Assembly (NCBI GenBank): GCA_965240325.2
Contig: OZ251231.1
Span: 2,480,001-2,544,000, forward strand
Direction of reading: 5' to 3'
Length of the DNA stretch: 64,000 nt
Origin: Rebecca billardiae RCC1528
Lineage: Eukaryota > Protista > Haptophyta
In this document: positions 1 to 11,259 of the stretch, in pieces
Position numbering within the stretch: the stretch's first letter is position 1
How the letters are laid out: each line of letters opens with the position of its first letter
Translations under genes and position numbers: made by a program
The notes under the pieces: generated by a model
Database searches by the model: none
What the model was told of the DNA's origin: nothing
What the model saw: the letters and a program-made list of their open reading frames with translations, nothing else

Positions 1-1
1 G

Positions 2-1915
2 CACGCCGACGAGCTCGCGCTCGAGCCGCGCCGGCTGAGCAGCACGCTGTGGGCGTACGCAATGGGCGGGGTGGGCGCGCCCGAGGTGTTCGGCGCGGCG
101 GCGCGGCACGTGCTGCGCGGGGCGGCGCTCGAGGGGTTCAACACGCACGACCTCACGCAGGCCGCGTGGGCCTTCGCCCGCGCGCACGCCGCCGGCCACG
201 GCGTGGCCGACGGCGCGGCCGCCGTCGAGGCGATCGCGCGGCGCGCGCTGGCCATCGGCGGCGGCGGCGGCGGCGGCGGCGAGGAGCTGACGGCGAATCA
301 GCTCTCGATCCTGGCGTGGTCGCTCGTCTCGTCGGGCGCGTCGGGCGCGCCGAGCGCCGAGCTGCTCGACCAGATCGGCGCGCGCCTCGCGCCGCGCGTG
401 GCGGAGGTGCTTCACTTTGACCTCGCGCACGCGGCGTGGGCGATAGCCAAGGGCGGGCGCGGCCGCGCCGAGGGCGGCGCGCTGCTGGACGCGGTGCTGA
501 CGCTGCCGGAGCAGACGCTGCGCGCGCTGCCGCCGCAGACGCTCGGCATGCTGGTGTGGGCGCTGGGCGCGAGCGGCCGGCTCGGCGGCACGGCGGCGGA
601 CGACGACGAGCCGCGAGCCGCGGCGCCGGCCGCCGAGGCGGGCGCGCAGCAGCCGCGCGCGCGCGCGGCGCACGGCGCGCGCGCCGCGCCGCGCGCGCCG
701 CGGCCGCTCGCGGCGCCGGGCGCGCGCGCCGACGCGTGCTCCGAGCTGGAGGACGAGGACGCGCTCGAGCTGCACGCGCCGAGCGGCAGCGCGGCCACCG
801 ACCCCGCCGCGCCCGCGCCGCCGCCCGACCCCGCCGCGGCGCGCGGCCTCGCCGCGCTCGAGCGCGCGCTGCTGGCGCGCGCGCATGAGCTGGGCGAGCG
901 CGAGCTCTCGCATGTCTTCACGGCGTACGCGGGGCGCAAGCCGCGCGCGCGCGCGCTGCTCGGCCGGCTGGCGGAGGTGGCGCCGCGCAAGGTGCGCACG
1001 TTCACGCCGCAGAGCCTCTCGCTCGTCGCGTGGGCGGTCGTCGCCTCGCGCACGCCCGCGCGGCCGCTGCTCGACGCGATCGCGCGCGAGGCGCACGCGC
1101 AGGCGGGCGCGCTGTCGCTCGGCGCGGCCGGCGGCGGGCTGACGGCGCGGCTGCTGTGGGCGCTGGCGGTGGGCGAGGCGGACGCGCGGCCGCTCTTCCA
1201 GGCGCTCGCGGACCGCGTCGCCGCCGAGCCCGACGCGCTCGCCGAGCTCGAGCCCGCGGTGGGCACGATCCTGTGCTGGACGTACTGCGCGATGCGCCTC
1301 TTCCCGCGGCCGCTGCTAGCGCCGCTCGTGCAGCGCTTCAATCGCACGCCGCCCGAGCGCTTCAGCAGCCGGCAGCTCGTGCAGCTGCACCAGCTGGCGA
1401 ACTCGCTCGCGCTCGAGGCGCCGCAGCTCGGCCTCGCCCTCGCGCCCGCGCTGCACGCCGCCGCGACCGACGCGATCTCGCACGGCACGCCGATCATCAC
1501 GTCGGAGCTGCACCTCGACGTGTCGAGCGCGCTCACAAGGCTGGGCGTGCCGCACGCCAACGAGGCGCTGCTGCCCGACCTCGCGTACCGGGTGGACATC
1601 GGCGTGCGCGGCACGCGCGTGGTGGTGCAGGTGAACGGCCCGGGGCACTACCTGCCGAGCGCCGCGCGCGCGCAGCGGCCGCAGCTCAGCCGCAAGCAGC
1701 GGCTGCTGCTGCGGCACGCGCGGCTCGCCGGCTGGCACGTCGTCGAGCTGCCGTACTGGGAGTGGGACGCCGCGTGGGAGCTGGACGAGCACGCGGGCGG
1801 CAGCACGGGCGCGCGCGACGCGTACCTGCGCCGCCGGCTGCAGGGGCTCGTCGACCTCGCGGGGGAGCACCCGGGTGGTGCCGGCGCAGCAGCCGCGCAC
1901 GCCCAGAGCCCCTGA
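2..1915 (+). CDS. Helical-repeat (OPR/FASTK-like) protein with C-terminal RAP domain, 5'-partial
   Basis: The frame is open from the window start (HADELALEPRRLSSTLWAYAMG...). It carries repeated 'Q.LS.LAWA' helical units and a C-terminal RAP signature YRVDIG...VVVQVNGPGHY...GWHVVELPYWEW. Confidence 0.8.
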   Translation, partial: HADELALEPRRLSSTLWAYAMGGVGAPEVFGAAARHVLRGAALEGFNTHDLTQAAWAFARAHAAGHGVADGAAAVEAIARRALAIGGGGGGGGEELTANQLSILAWSLVSSGASGAPSAELLDQIGARLAPRVAEVLHFDLAHAAWAIAKGGRGRAEGGALLDAVLTLPEQTLRALPPQTLGMLVWALGASGRLGGTAADDDEPRAAAPAAEAGAQQPRARAAHGARAAPRAPRPLAAPGARADACSELEDEDALELHAPSGSAATDPAAPAPPPDPAAARGLAALERALLARAHELGERELSHVFTAYAGRKPRARALLGRLAEVAPRKVRTFTPQSLSLVAWAVVASRTPARPLLDAIAREAHAQAGALSLGAAGGGLTARLLWALAVGEADARPLFQALADRVAAEPDALAELEPAVGTILCWTYCAMRLFPRPLLAPLVQRFNRTPPERFSSRQLVQLHQLANSLALEAPQLGLALAPALHAAATDAISHGTPIITSELHLDVSSALTRLGVPHANEALLPDLAYRVDIGVRGTRVVVQVNGPGHYLPSAARAQRPQLSRKQRLLLRHARLAGWHVVELPYWEWDAAWELDEHAGGSTGARDAYLRRRLQGLVDLAGEHPGGAGAAAAHAQSP

Positions 1916-3638
1916 CGGCGATTGGATCGCGCCTGCCGCCCGGCGCGCCCGACTCGGCCGACGGCTGCAGCCCGGTGGAGTTTGGCCAGCAGTAGTCTTC
2001 CGTACTGTAACTGGCCGCTCGATCGGACTGACGATGCAGTACTACCGTTGTACTAGTCACTAGTCACGACCGTGACACTGACGATGACAATATGGTCCGT
2101 GTCGTATCGCGCAGATTCCGACGATGAAACTCGTCATCACAATTATTATTAATATCTACTAGTTATTTATAATTATAATTAGAACGACGAGACGCGATGA
2201 TTGACATTTTATCCGCTGCTCTGTGCCGCTCAGCCGGCTCAGCGGGCTCAGCCAATCAGACCTGACTGACCGGTGACCCGGTACTCTCAGGGAGCTCAGC
2301 GGAGTCAGCCTCAAGTTACTCAGCACTCGACCGGGGTCGCCCCGGAGCTGCATCGCGGCCCGCGCGTACGGGCATGACGCCGGCTGCGTCACTACGCCCA
2401 CAGTAGCCCGACTCGGCCTGCTCCGGCTGTGAGTATAATCGGTGGACAGCGGGTTATAATGCCGTTACGTCGGTGCGACGCCGGCGCAGACAGGCATGAC
2501 ATGATCACACAGAGCCACACGTATGAGAGTCATGAGACAGCTAGCCAACAGTCTCTGACTCGCCGGACAACTGGTACCGAGTTAAATCGGACCGTACGGA
2601 CTACTAAGTACCGTAGCCCGAGTCCGACTCCGAGGAGCAGGCTCACTGCCAGTCTCAGGACGGTGTGACAGCACGCGCGGGCTGTCGGCAGGCCGGCCAG
2701 CGCGGTCCGCGCCGGCCGTAGCCCGTGCCGAGCGGCCGGCACCGCCACCACGTTCACGACGCGCTACTGGCACCGAAACGCACGCTGGCGGGGCCGATTA
2801 CCGGATGCCCGGTTTGCTCGTTCATACTCACGGCATATCTGGGGTAGCTAGGCCTCGAAGCGAGGCCCGCCTTCGTATCGGGCACGCTCCGCTATTGAGG
2901 CGGACGACGTAGTGCGCGCGCCGCGCTGCTCGTGGGCGCGTGTGCTTTGGGCTAGCTGACACACGGCTCCCGGCGCACAGCACGCCTCTGCTCGCGAGCG
3001 GCGTCGGCCTCTCGCGACGAAGAAACGCGTCAAGATTCTCTCCAACTACTTACAAACACCCCAAGCCAACTACCTAGTATACCATTTTTTAAAAGCTTGT
3101 CATGTAGTAGTAGTAGTACTATGTAGTATAATAGAGGTGGGGTTCTGAGATAAACGAAGCTTCCTACATAACTACCCTCTCTTCGGTACTTTTTACAAGC
3201 CCTGGGCCCGGGTTTTACCGCGACTGGCCGACTACCGCCTTTTCGCCGTTTGGGGTGATGAAGGTGAATAGTGTGGGCTTGCGCGGTGCCACGTCAAACT
3301 ATCAAAAAGTTCGTAGATCCATCAATCTCAGAGATTGTGATGATATTGAGGGTAAGCGAATGTATCCCAGTGACCGAGAAGGGTTCCCTGCGACCTGAGT
3401 GCCCGGACTACCCGCACCTTGAATGCAGTAGTATGATACCGCCCGTAGTATACTGACGGCTGCTTCTCACCCTAGTCGTGTAGGAGCTTGCGCGCGTCAA
3501 GGGTAGATTTCACACCGCATGTCCTGTCGCGAAGCGAACTGGAGAGCATCACATCCAAAGGCGCGCCACCCACTCACCGAAGACCGACAGCGCTGAACTC
3601 GCACGTCCCCAGCACCGCTTGTGCGAGCGACCCTGTTC

Positions 3639-6580
3639 ATGCGGGGCCTCGCGCGTGTTCGACCGCTAGAGCCGCGCAATCCCGCGGCGAGTCCATCCCT
3701 AGACGCGACGCAGCATGCATCGACAGCGCGCGATGCCCATACGGTCGAGGGCATCGACGCGGCGCGCGGCGGTGACCAGCGCTGGCTTGACGCCGAGCTC
3801 GGGGCCGATGCCGCGACCAACGTGCCTTCGGGGGCCGGCCCTACGCTGACCCGGCTCGGGTGCTTCGCCGACGCCTCGCTCGAATGCGCATACCAACGCG
3901 ACGTCCTCTCGTCGCGCTTCCACACCCGATTGATACGGCTGGCGTGTGTCCTCATCGTGCTCGCCTCGCTCGCGCTGCTGCGCTTCGCGCTTCCCGGCGG
4001 CGCGCCGGCACACTGGGTGGTGCCGATGCGCACGGTCGCCTTCATCTGCTCCACGGCAGGCGCGACGGCCAGCGTGTGCCTGGCGCGTCGCATGCGGCTG
4101 CCGCTCGTGTGCACGCAGGGCGTCGTGTGCGCGTGGCTTTGCTGCGCGAGCACCGTCGTCGTGCTCACGCCGTTCCGGCTGCTCAGCCTCATGGGCGAGC
4201 ACGCGGACGGCACTCCGGCGGCTCTCGCGCTCGAGGCGGTGTACACCCCCTCTACCTCCGACACCGCGCTCATGCTGGTCGCGCTCATCCTCTCCGTCAG
4301 CCTCGCCGTGCCGATGGAGACGGGCGCTGCGTGTGCGGCTATCGCTTACGCAGCCGTTACGGTCGCGCTGTGCGACTCGATGCTGCCCCAGCCCGTGCAG
4401 GGCGTCCTCGAGCTCGAGGCTCCCGTCGTGCTGAGCCTGGTGCTCATCGTCGCCGTCGTCATCCGGTCCGTCGCCCACCGCGCGCGCTCCGACCGTTGCC
4501 TGTGGCATTCGCAGGCGCTCGGATCCCTCCCGCAGCGCTGGCACGAGGCTGTTGCGACCGGCTCACTCGACGAGCAAATACACGCGATAGGCGCGGCCGC
4601 GGCGTCTCGGGCGTGCTCGCGGCTCGTTCGGGTCGTGATGCACGACCTGCGCTCGCCGCTGCTCTCCGTGCACGCGCTCGCGACCAACCTCGCCGAGACC
4701 GACGGCGCGACGCGGCTGGACACGCCCGAGGTGTGCCACTCGATCGCGTCGCTGCTCACGTGCACCTCGCTGATGGAGGGCATCCTCTCGGACATGCTCG
4801 ACTGGGAGCGCATCGACTCGGGGCGGCTCGTGCTGGTGATGCAGCCGATGTCGCCTGCCAAGCTGCTGCGCGACGCGAGCACCGCCTTCGGCGCCCTCGC
4901 TGCGCGCAAGGGCGTCTCCCTCGTGTTCGAGCCGGTGCCGCCCGAGCTTGCCGAGCTGGAGTTCATCGCCGACGCGCGCCGGATGATGCAGTGCCTCAAC
5001 AACGGCATCTCGAACGCGGTCAAGTACGTCGACGCGGGCACGGGCCGCGTGGTCGTGCGCGCCTTCGCGGGCGAGCCGCACGAGGACGCCCGCACCGGCT
5101 GGCGCTGGCTGCACATCTCCGTGACCGACAACGGCATCGGCCTGTCCGAGGCGGAGCTGGCGGCGCTGAGCGTGTCAGAGGCCTTCCAGCAGGTGGGGCG
5201 CGGCCAGCTGCAAGGCGCCGGCGGCTCCGGGCTCGGGCTGGTCATCGCGCGGCGGCTGCTCGCGCTGCACAACGGCTCCGAGCTGCAGGTCAGCTCGGAC
5301 GGCCACCAGCGAGGCACCACCTTCGAGATGCGCATCGCGCTGCGCCTCTCGGACTGGGCCGAGCATCCCGCCTTCGCCGCGTCGTCTGTTTCGAGCTCGC
5401 CCGACATGATGGCGCGGGCGGCGGCACCGGTGTCGCGGCTGCTCGCAGATCCGGCGCCGCAGCTCGGCGAGCGGCCGCCCCCGAGCCGCCGTCCCGGCTT
5501 GCTCCGTGCCCTCGGCAACACGCCGGCGCTCCCGCAACGCTCCGGTAGATTTGGGCTCCCGCGCATCCCCGCGTTCGGCGGCACCAAGCAGGGCAAGGCA
5601 GGGAAGCTCAACGGCGGCGGCAGCGCCGTGCGTGGCGCCTGCGCGCCCTCGGCGAGCGACAGCAGCTGCAGCGGCAGCTGCGACAGCGGCTCGAGCGGCA
5701 CGAGGGCGTCGAAATCGCGCTTCTCGAGCTGCGCGAGCGCGGAGCTCAGCGGTCGCCGCGCAAGCGCCGCGAGCTGCGCGCAGCCCACGCAGTCGGCCGC
5801 GCGCTCCCAGCAGGCGCCGCACCTCCCCGAGCCGGCCGCGCGCGCGGCTGCACGCGACACGTTGTCCGCGCGCGCGCTCCACGTCGAGGACGACCTGATG
5901 CTGCAGCTCGCCATCGGGGAGCAGCTCTTCCGCCGCGCGGGCGTGCCTTGGAGCATGGTGTCGAACGGGGTCGAGGCGCTCGAAGCCGTGAGCGAGGCGG
6001 CCGCAGCCGGCGAGCCGTTCACCTTCGTGCTCATGGACAACCAGGTGCGTGCTGGGCCGTGCGCCGCGCAGTCGGCGCGCGCAGTGCGACCGCCGCGTGC
6101 GCGACCCCGCGCGCGCGAGTCGTCTCTGACCCACGCGTGCGCCGTGCGTGCCACCGAATGCGCCGATTGCAGATGCCTCAAATGGGCGGCACGCAGTGCA
6201 CAACTGCGCTCCGCGCGGCTGGCTTCGCTGGCACGATCCTGGGCATGACGGGCGACCCTCCAGGCAGCACGGACCGCGATGACTTCGAGGCATCGGGGCT
6301 CGATGCGTGCTTTGACAAGACGAGCGAGGCGGTCGCGGAGATCGAGGAAGTCCTGCGGCGCCACCTCGGGCTATTCGACAGTCCGCCTGCCGACGCCAAC
6401 CCTACGGCAACGTCATCACAAGAGGCGTGTGCCGCATCGCCGTCCGACGAGCCGCAGTGCGCGGGCCCGCCGGCCGGTGAGAGCGAGACCGAGTTGCCGG
6501 GCAGCAGCGACTCGTCGTCCCGCGGAACACGTTCGGCGGGCGTGAGTGAGTCTCACTCTTTGTCCCGGTGGGCGGTCTAG
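3639..6580 (+). CDS. Membrane-bound hybrid histidine kinase (TM region, HisKA, HATPase, receiver); intron 6045-6172
   Basis: Motifs: H-box VMHDLRSPL, N-box NNGISNAVKY, G1 DNGIG, G2 GSGLGL. Removing the GT(6045)..AG(6172) intron restores the receiver HVEDD...MDNQ|MPQMGG...GMTG...FDK. The N-terminus has several hydrophobic segments. Start set at the first in-frame ATG. Confidence 0.88.
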
Positions 6581-6726
6581 TTTGTCGAGGTGCGCGCTGC
6601 CAGCTGCTCATCGCAAATGCTGCGGGGGTGCTTTCTAGTGCATGGACGCTCATAGTCACAGGTCCTAGAAGTTTTGTACGTTCCCCCATACCATGTTCCC
6701 GACACTCAGTGAGTGATGCAGTATAC

Positions 6727-6772
6727 AGCTTACTAAGAATAAGAGACGCACACAGCTCAGGCAGGCGAGATT
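6727..6772. repeat. 46-bp dispersed repeat, copy 1 (inverted relative to copies 2 and 3)
   Basis: agcttactaagaataagagacgcacacagctcaggcaggcgagatt is the reverse complement of 31328-31373 and 35803-35848 with one mismatch. Confidence 0.9.
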
Positions 6773-6970
6773 AGCAGACAAATGTGTCAATATGTGAGTG
6801 AGACGTGCGCCCTGACCGCCCTGTGGCCTGTGCGCAAACATCGCGGTAGTCATCGCTTGGGAGCCGAGGCAAACCGTCGTCGTCGATCCCTCCGGCTTTG
6901 TACCAGGAAGTGAGCTCCGTTCACCGTTGGGCGTTGGGCGGCTTGCGGACAACGAGCGGCGAGGCCCCTC

Positions 6971-8485
6971 ATGGGTGAAGCCGCGGTCGCCGCGGGCTTG
7001 CACGAGGCTGTCGCAGCCCTCGAGCGTGAGCTGACTTGCACGCTGTGCGAACGGGCGTACGTGAACCCCGTCCTGCTCCCGTGCGCGCACGCCTTCTGCA
7101 AGGACTGCGTGGAGGACACGTCAGAGTGCCAGGCCTGCTTTGTGCCCTTCCTGGCGCGCGACGCGGTGCCGAGCCCGACGCTGCGCTCCGTGCTGCAGGA
7201 GTTTGTCGCGTGCAAGCGACGCATCGCGGCTGCGCTGGCGGGCGAGCATGCCGACAACTCGCGCGACCTGACCAGCTCGCCCGCCGTCCGTGAGCGCTAC
7301 TTCCGCGCCTTTTGCGAGGTGGAGCGAAAGATGGCGGCGTGCCAGCGGCTGCTGCGCGACGAGAGGGCGGAAACGACCTCGCGGCACCAGCCGACGCGCG
7401 CGCAGGCGCTCGACGTGGTCGCCGAAGCGCTCGCGCCGTGCGATGACGCCGCATGCGCCATCGGCTGCGCACAGCGCGCTGCAGTCGACCCGCCGGGCCC
7501 GGCCGCGCACGGCCCGGCAACGTGCGGCAAGCGCGCGCGCGACGCACGGGTGGCGGGCGCTGGGGGCGAGGGCGGAGAGGCGAGCGCGGCCGAGCAGGGC
7601 GACGCGCCACGATCCGTGCTGGCCGATGGGAACGCCATGCCCCCCAAGGCGGGCGCAAAGCGCGCGCGCCCGAGCTCCCCGCCGGTCACCTCACGCGCCG
7701 CTGGCGTCGGTGAGCGCGAGGAGGGGGGCGATGCGGACGCGGTGGCAGCACGCGCGCTCGGGGGCGCAGCTCCGGCGAGCGCGCCGACCGCACCATCCGT
7801 TCTCATCGTCGGCTCCAACCTGACAGAGGCGAGCAGCGCGGCGCTCAAGCGCGCGTGCCGCGAGCTCGGCGGCGCGCAGGCTCTGCCCAAGTGGGCGCCG
7901 GCCGCGACGCACGTGATCATCGACCCGACGGTTGTGGGCGGGAAGACGCTCGGCGCGCGCACGTACAAGCACCTGTGCGGCGTTCTCACGGGCGGGTGGA
8001 TCCTCAGCACCGCGTGGGTGAGCGAGTCTCTCAGCGCCGGCCGCTGGCTGCCCGAGGCGTCGTTTGAGCTCGATGGCGACGTGACGACCGAGGGCGCCGG
8101 CGGGCCAGCCAAGGGGCGCGCCAGGCGCGCCGCCGGCCGGCCTGGGCCATTTGTGGGCGTCCGGGCGTACCTCCGGGGCAAGTTTGCGACGCCTCTGCCG
8201 CCCAAGGCGCAGCTCACCCAGCTGCTGCAGCTCGGCGGTGCCCAGATCTTCCCCACGTTCGCGCAGCTGCAGGACTCTGTGGTGCGGCGAGGGGCCGAGG
8301 GCGCGATCGCGCTGTGCACTCCCAACAGCCTGGAGGCAGCGTTCGAGCAGCGATGCCGCTCGGCAGGTGTGCCTGTGCTCACGCCGCAGTGGCTGCTCGA
8401 CTGCATCTCGCACTGCGACCGCCTCAGCTACGCAGGCCCCAACAGCGGCTACCTCGTCGGCGGCGCCGGCGCAGGGCAGGCTTGA
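6971..8485 (+). CDS. BRCA1/BARD1-like RING finger + tandem BRCT protein
   Basis: N-terminal C3HC4 RING (CTLC...PCAHAFCKDC...CQAC). BRCT1 ATHVII...RTYKHLCGVLTGGWILSTAWV...WLPEASFE; BRCT2 LLQLGGAQI...PQWLLDCIS. Confidence 0.88.
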   Translation: MGEAAVAAGLHEAVAALERELTCTLCERAYVNPVLLPCAHAFCKDCVEDTSECQACFVPFLARDAVPSPTLRSVLQEFVACKRRIAAALAGEHADNSRDLTSSPAVRERYFRAFCEVERKMAACQRLLRDERAETTSRHQPTRAQALDVVAEALAPCDDAACAIGCAQRAAVDPPGPAAHGPATCGKRARDARVAGAGGEGGEASAAEQGDAPRSVLADGNAMPPKAGAKRARPSSPPVTSRAAGVGEREEGGDADAVAARALGGAAPASAPTAPSVLIVGSNLTEASSAALKRACRELGGAQALPKWAPAATHVIIDPTVVGGKTLGARTYKHLCGVLTGGWILSTAWVSESLSAGRWLPEASFELDGDVTTEGAGGPAKGRARRAAGRPGPFVGVRAYLRGKFATPLPPKAQLTQLLQLGGAQIFPTFAQLQDSVVRRGAEGAIALCTPNSLEAAFEQRCRSAGVPVLTPQWLLDCISHCDRLSYAGPNSGYLVGGAGAGQA

Positions 8486-10167
8486 TCGGAGCTAGTCAAT
8501 ATCGTTGGATCTCTAATGACTAATTACGTCTGTAATAATAATGTCTGTTCCGCAATAATGGATAATGATAACAATAATACTTTAATTAAGATAAAGTCTT
8601 GTATCGTAATTAATACTCATATGTATTTTAACTATATATTTAATATATATTATTACTGCTGTTATAATTTAAGGCCGTCGTCACTCTCTCAGTCTCTGTC
8701 AGCAGCAGGCTGCTGGTCAGTCAGCAGCAGCTGGAGTGCCTCAGAGTCCACGACAGACCGCTGACCCCCCGGGACACGGTCCACGGTGCGAGTTCACGTG
8801 GTCAAGTCACTCAAGTCCCGGTCCACGGCCGGTCCGTACGCTGAGCGCCGCCGACGAATGACAGCATCGGTAGCAGCATCAACTCTTCAGTCCTGACGCG
8901 CGGGATTTGGCGCACATTCGGACCCGGGGCCGGGCGCGTCTCATTGAACGGCACGGGGGCGTACTGCTCAGAGTATTCTGAGTGATAGACTGATAGTTAG
9001 TGATGACGCTTGACACCGCCATGGCTGTATTACACAGGCCTGGGTGCCGTCGCGGCCGGTCCGGCCGAACCCCGCCGAGTCCCGGGCGGAGTTCCGGGCG
9101 GTAATTCGGGAATGACGCTCCGCCGAGTCAACGCTGGCCTACTAGGTGGCTTTCTCCCGTGGCAATCACTAGCCAACAGGTCATTGGTGAGTCGGCGCGT
9201 GGACTACCGCTGCTGACGGCCAGATCCGCTCGGCTGACACCTTGCCGACGGGCGGCAGCCCCCCGGGCGCGTGTGCGGCACGCCCTGCGCCAGATCGGAG
9301 CAGTCGTGGCCCGAGACGCGGCGGGCCGTCGGCGGGCCGCCTCGGATTCACGCGCCGCCATGCGCGCGCGATGTGGGGCCCTGGTACGATGGCGGCGCAG
9401 TCCGGGCCGGGCGGATCCAAGATCAAGTTGTTCAGCGACGAGCCACACAAACTGCTCCATCAATTAAAGGAACTGCGCGCTGTCCCCGTGTTAATTTGAC
9501 GATTTGATGGCCGCCGATCGGCGAGCCGGAGTCGGCCAAGGCAGGTCATGAAGCGGCCTTGCCCGGCAGTGAGTCACCTAACGACTACTCACGCACGCGC
9601 ACAATAACATTCATTCGTAGTCGTCATGACATCAATGGCAGCCTCACGGTGTTGGTCATCAGGGTGGCGGCAAACCTCGTGTCGCCGGTGGGTGGTGGCA
9701 GGTGTGGTGCGCGAGCACAGCATGGCAGCGGCGCGTCGACTGCGCCGCAGCGCATCGGCACAGCCGCACGGGGCGGCATCCCCAGTCGTCAGGCAGCGGC
9801 GAGAACGTGCGGCCGTCAAGTCCTCGCTGCTGCTGGAAGCTGTCCCAATGGCACGCTGCCACACGGTGCTCGCTCGTGCAGGCGCGCAGCTGAGTGGCGT
9901 GCCCGATTCCGATGGCGCGCGCGCCCGGCATGCTGATGCCGAGCGCACCTGCGCGCCGCTCGCGCCCGAACCCTCCCGCCCACTGACGGCCACCTTGGCG
10001 CCGCCGACCCTGAACACGCTCACCTCTGCTCGCCAGCAAGTATCAGCATGCCGTTGAAGTCCTTATCGGTGGTGGCGCTCGTGCCGAGCGCGTACGCCCA
10101 GCCCCGAGGGGCAGAGCGCGCGCATCTCTGCGCGCGCCCGTTGGAACGCTGCAGCAAGTGCGGCAGC

Positions 10168-10873
10168 CTAGTAGTAGCCGCCATCGGCCTTGCCCTGCGC
10201 GTCGAGGATGCCCTTCCAGAAGCCCGAGTCGTAGCGCGCGCGCGCGTTCACGTCAACGAACACCTCAATGTTCGCGCCACGCTGGCGCACCGGGAACACG
10301 GTCAGGTCGCGCGGCTCCTTGAGCGCGCCAGTGAGGGGGCCGATGATTGGCGGCGACGGGCACCACTCGCCCGTGAGCTTCCCCGTGCCGAGATCGAACG
10401 CAGTGCCGTGGAGCGGGCAGACGACGCAGCCTGCGCGGACGCGGCGGGGGCATGCCGTAGCGTGTCGCGCACGTGATCATCAGCAGGGCACACAAAACAG
10501 TGCCGCGCGCTCGTTCGGCGCGCAGATCCATCCGGGTGCGTCGGCGCGCGCGCGCAGGCTTGTGAGCGGCTTGGGGTGGGGTGCGGCACACACCGTCCTT
10601 GATCTTGCCCTGATCGAGCGGCGTGCCGATGTGCGGGCACACGTTCGCCGTCGCGTACACAGTCCCGTCCTTCTCGACCGCGATCAGGATGTCCTGCCCC
10701 GCAGCGAAAGTCGGCGAGAGCGAGTTCGGCTTCAGGTCCGAGGTGGAGCTGACCTGCACCCAGGCGTTCTTCACCGGCACGTTCTCGCCCTTCATCGACA
10801 CCGCCGATGAGCGCACGGCGCTCGTCGCCGGGCCGTGGAAGGCAAGCGAGAGAGCAACGAAGCTGGCGAGCAT
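10168..10873 (-). CDS. Rieske [2Fe-2S] domain protein, probably plastid-targeted; intron 10431-10593
   Basis: Splicing joins CPHIGTPL...KIKDG|CVVCPLHGTAFDLGTG (CxH...CxxH) and the protein ends KGILDAQGKADGGYY*. The N-terminus MLASFVALSLAF + S/R-rich stretch resembles a bipartite plastid signal. Confidence 0.88.
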
Positions 10874-11259
10874 TGTGATGAGGCTGTGCCGCGTGCGATT
10901 GACCACGACAAGGGGTCTGGATCTCGCCGCGACGATATGACCACGCTAATGAACAGCCGGATTAAATGCCGGGCCCGGACCCAGCAGGGGTGGTCCGGCA
11001 GGCTTGCCACGCGGCCGCGCCGGCGCGCCGGCGCCGGCCCGAAGAAGTCCGGCTTTTGTCCCAGGACATTTCAGATTGTCCCGCAGGCCGCAGCCTCCAT
11101 CGTTGTGCCGGTCCGCTTTTTCCATTTTATTGATTTGAGTGGCGAGCGATTTGCTGCTGAAATAATGCGCGAATAAAGTCGCCGCGGCAGAATGGCACCG
11201 CGACCGCCTCCCGACGGGTAGGGAGCAGCGCGCGGCCGGTGAATCGGGCAAGGGCCGCC

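Noticed and set aside
8780-10050. Short ORFs and a weak hairpin in the 9-10 kb spacer
   Set aside because: No recognisable protein or RNA motif, and the pairing is too short for a GC-rich background.
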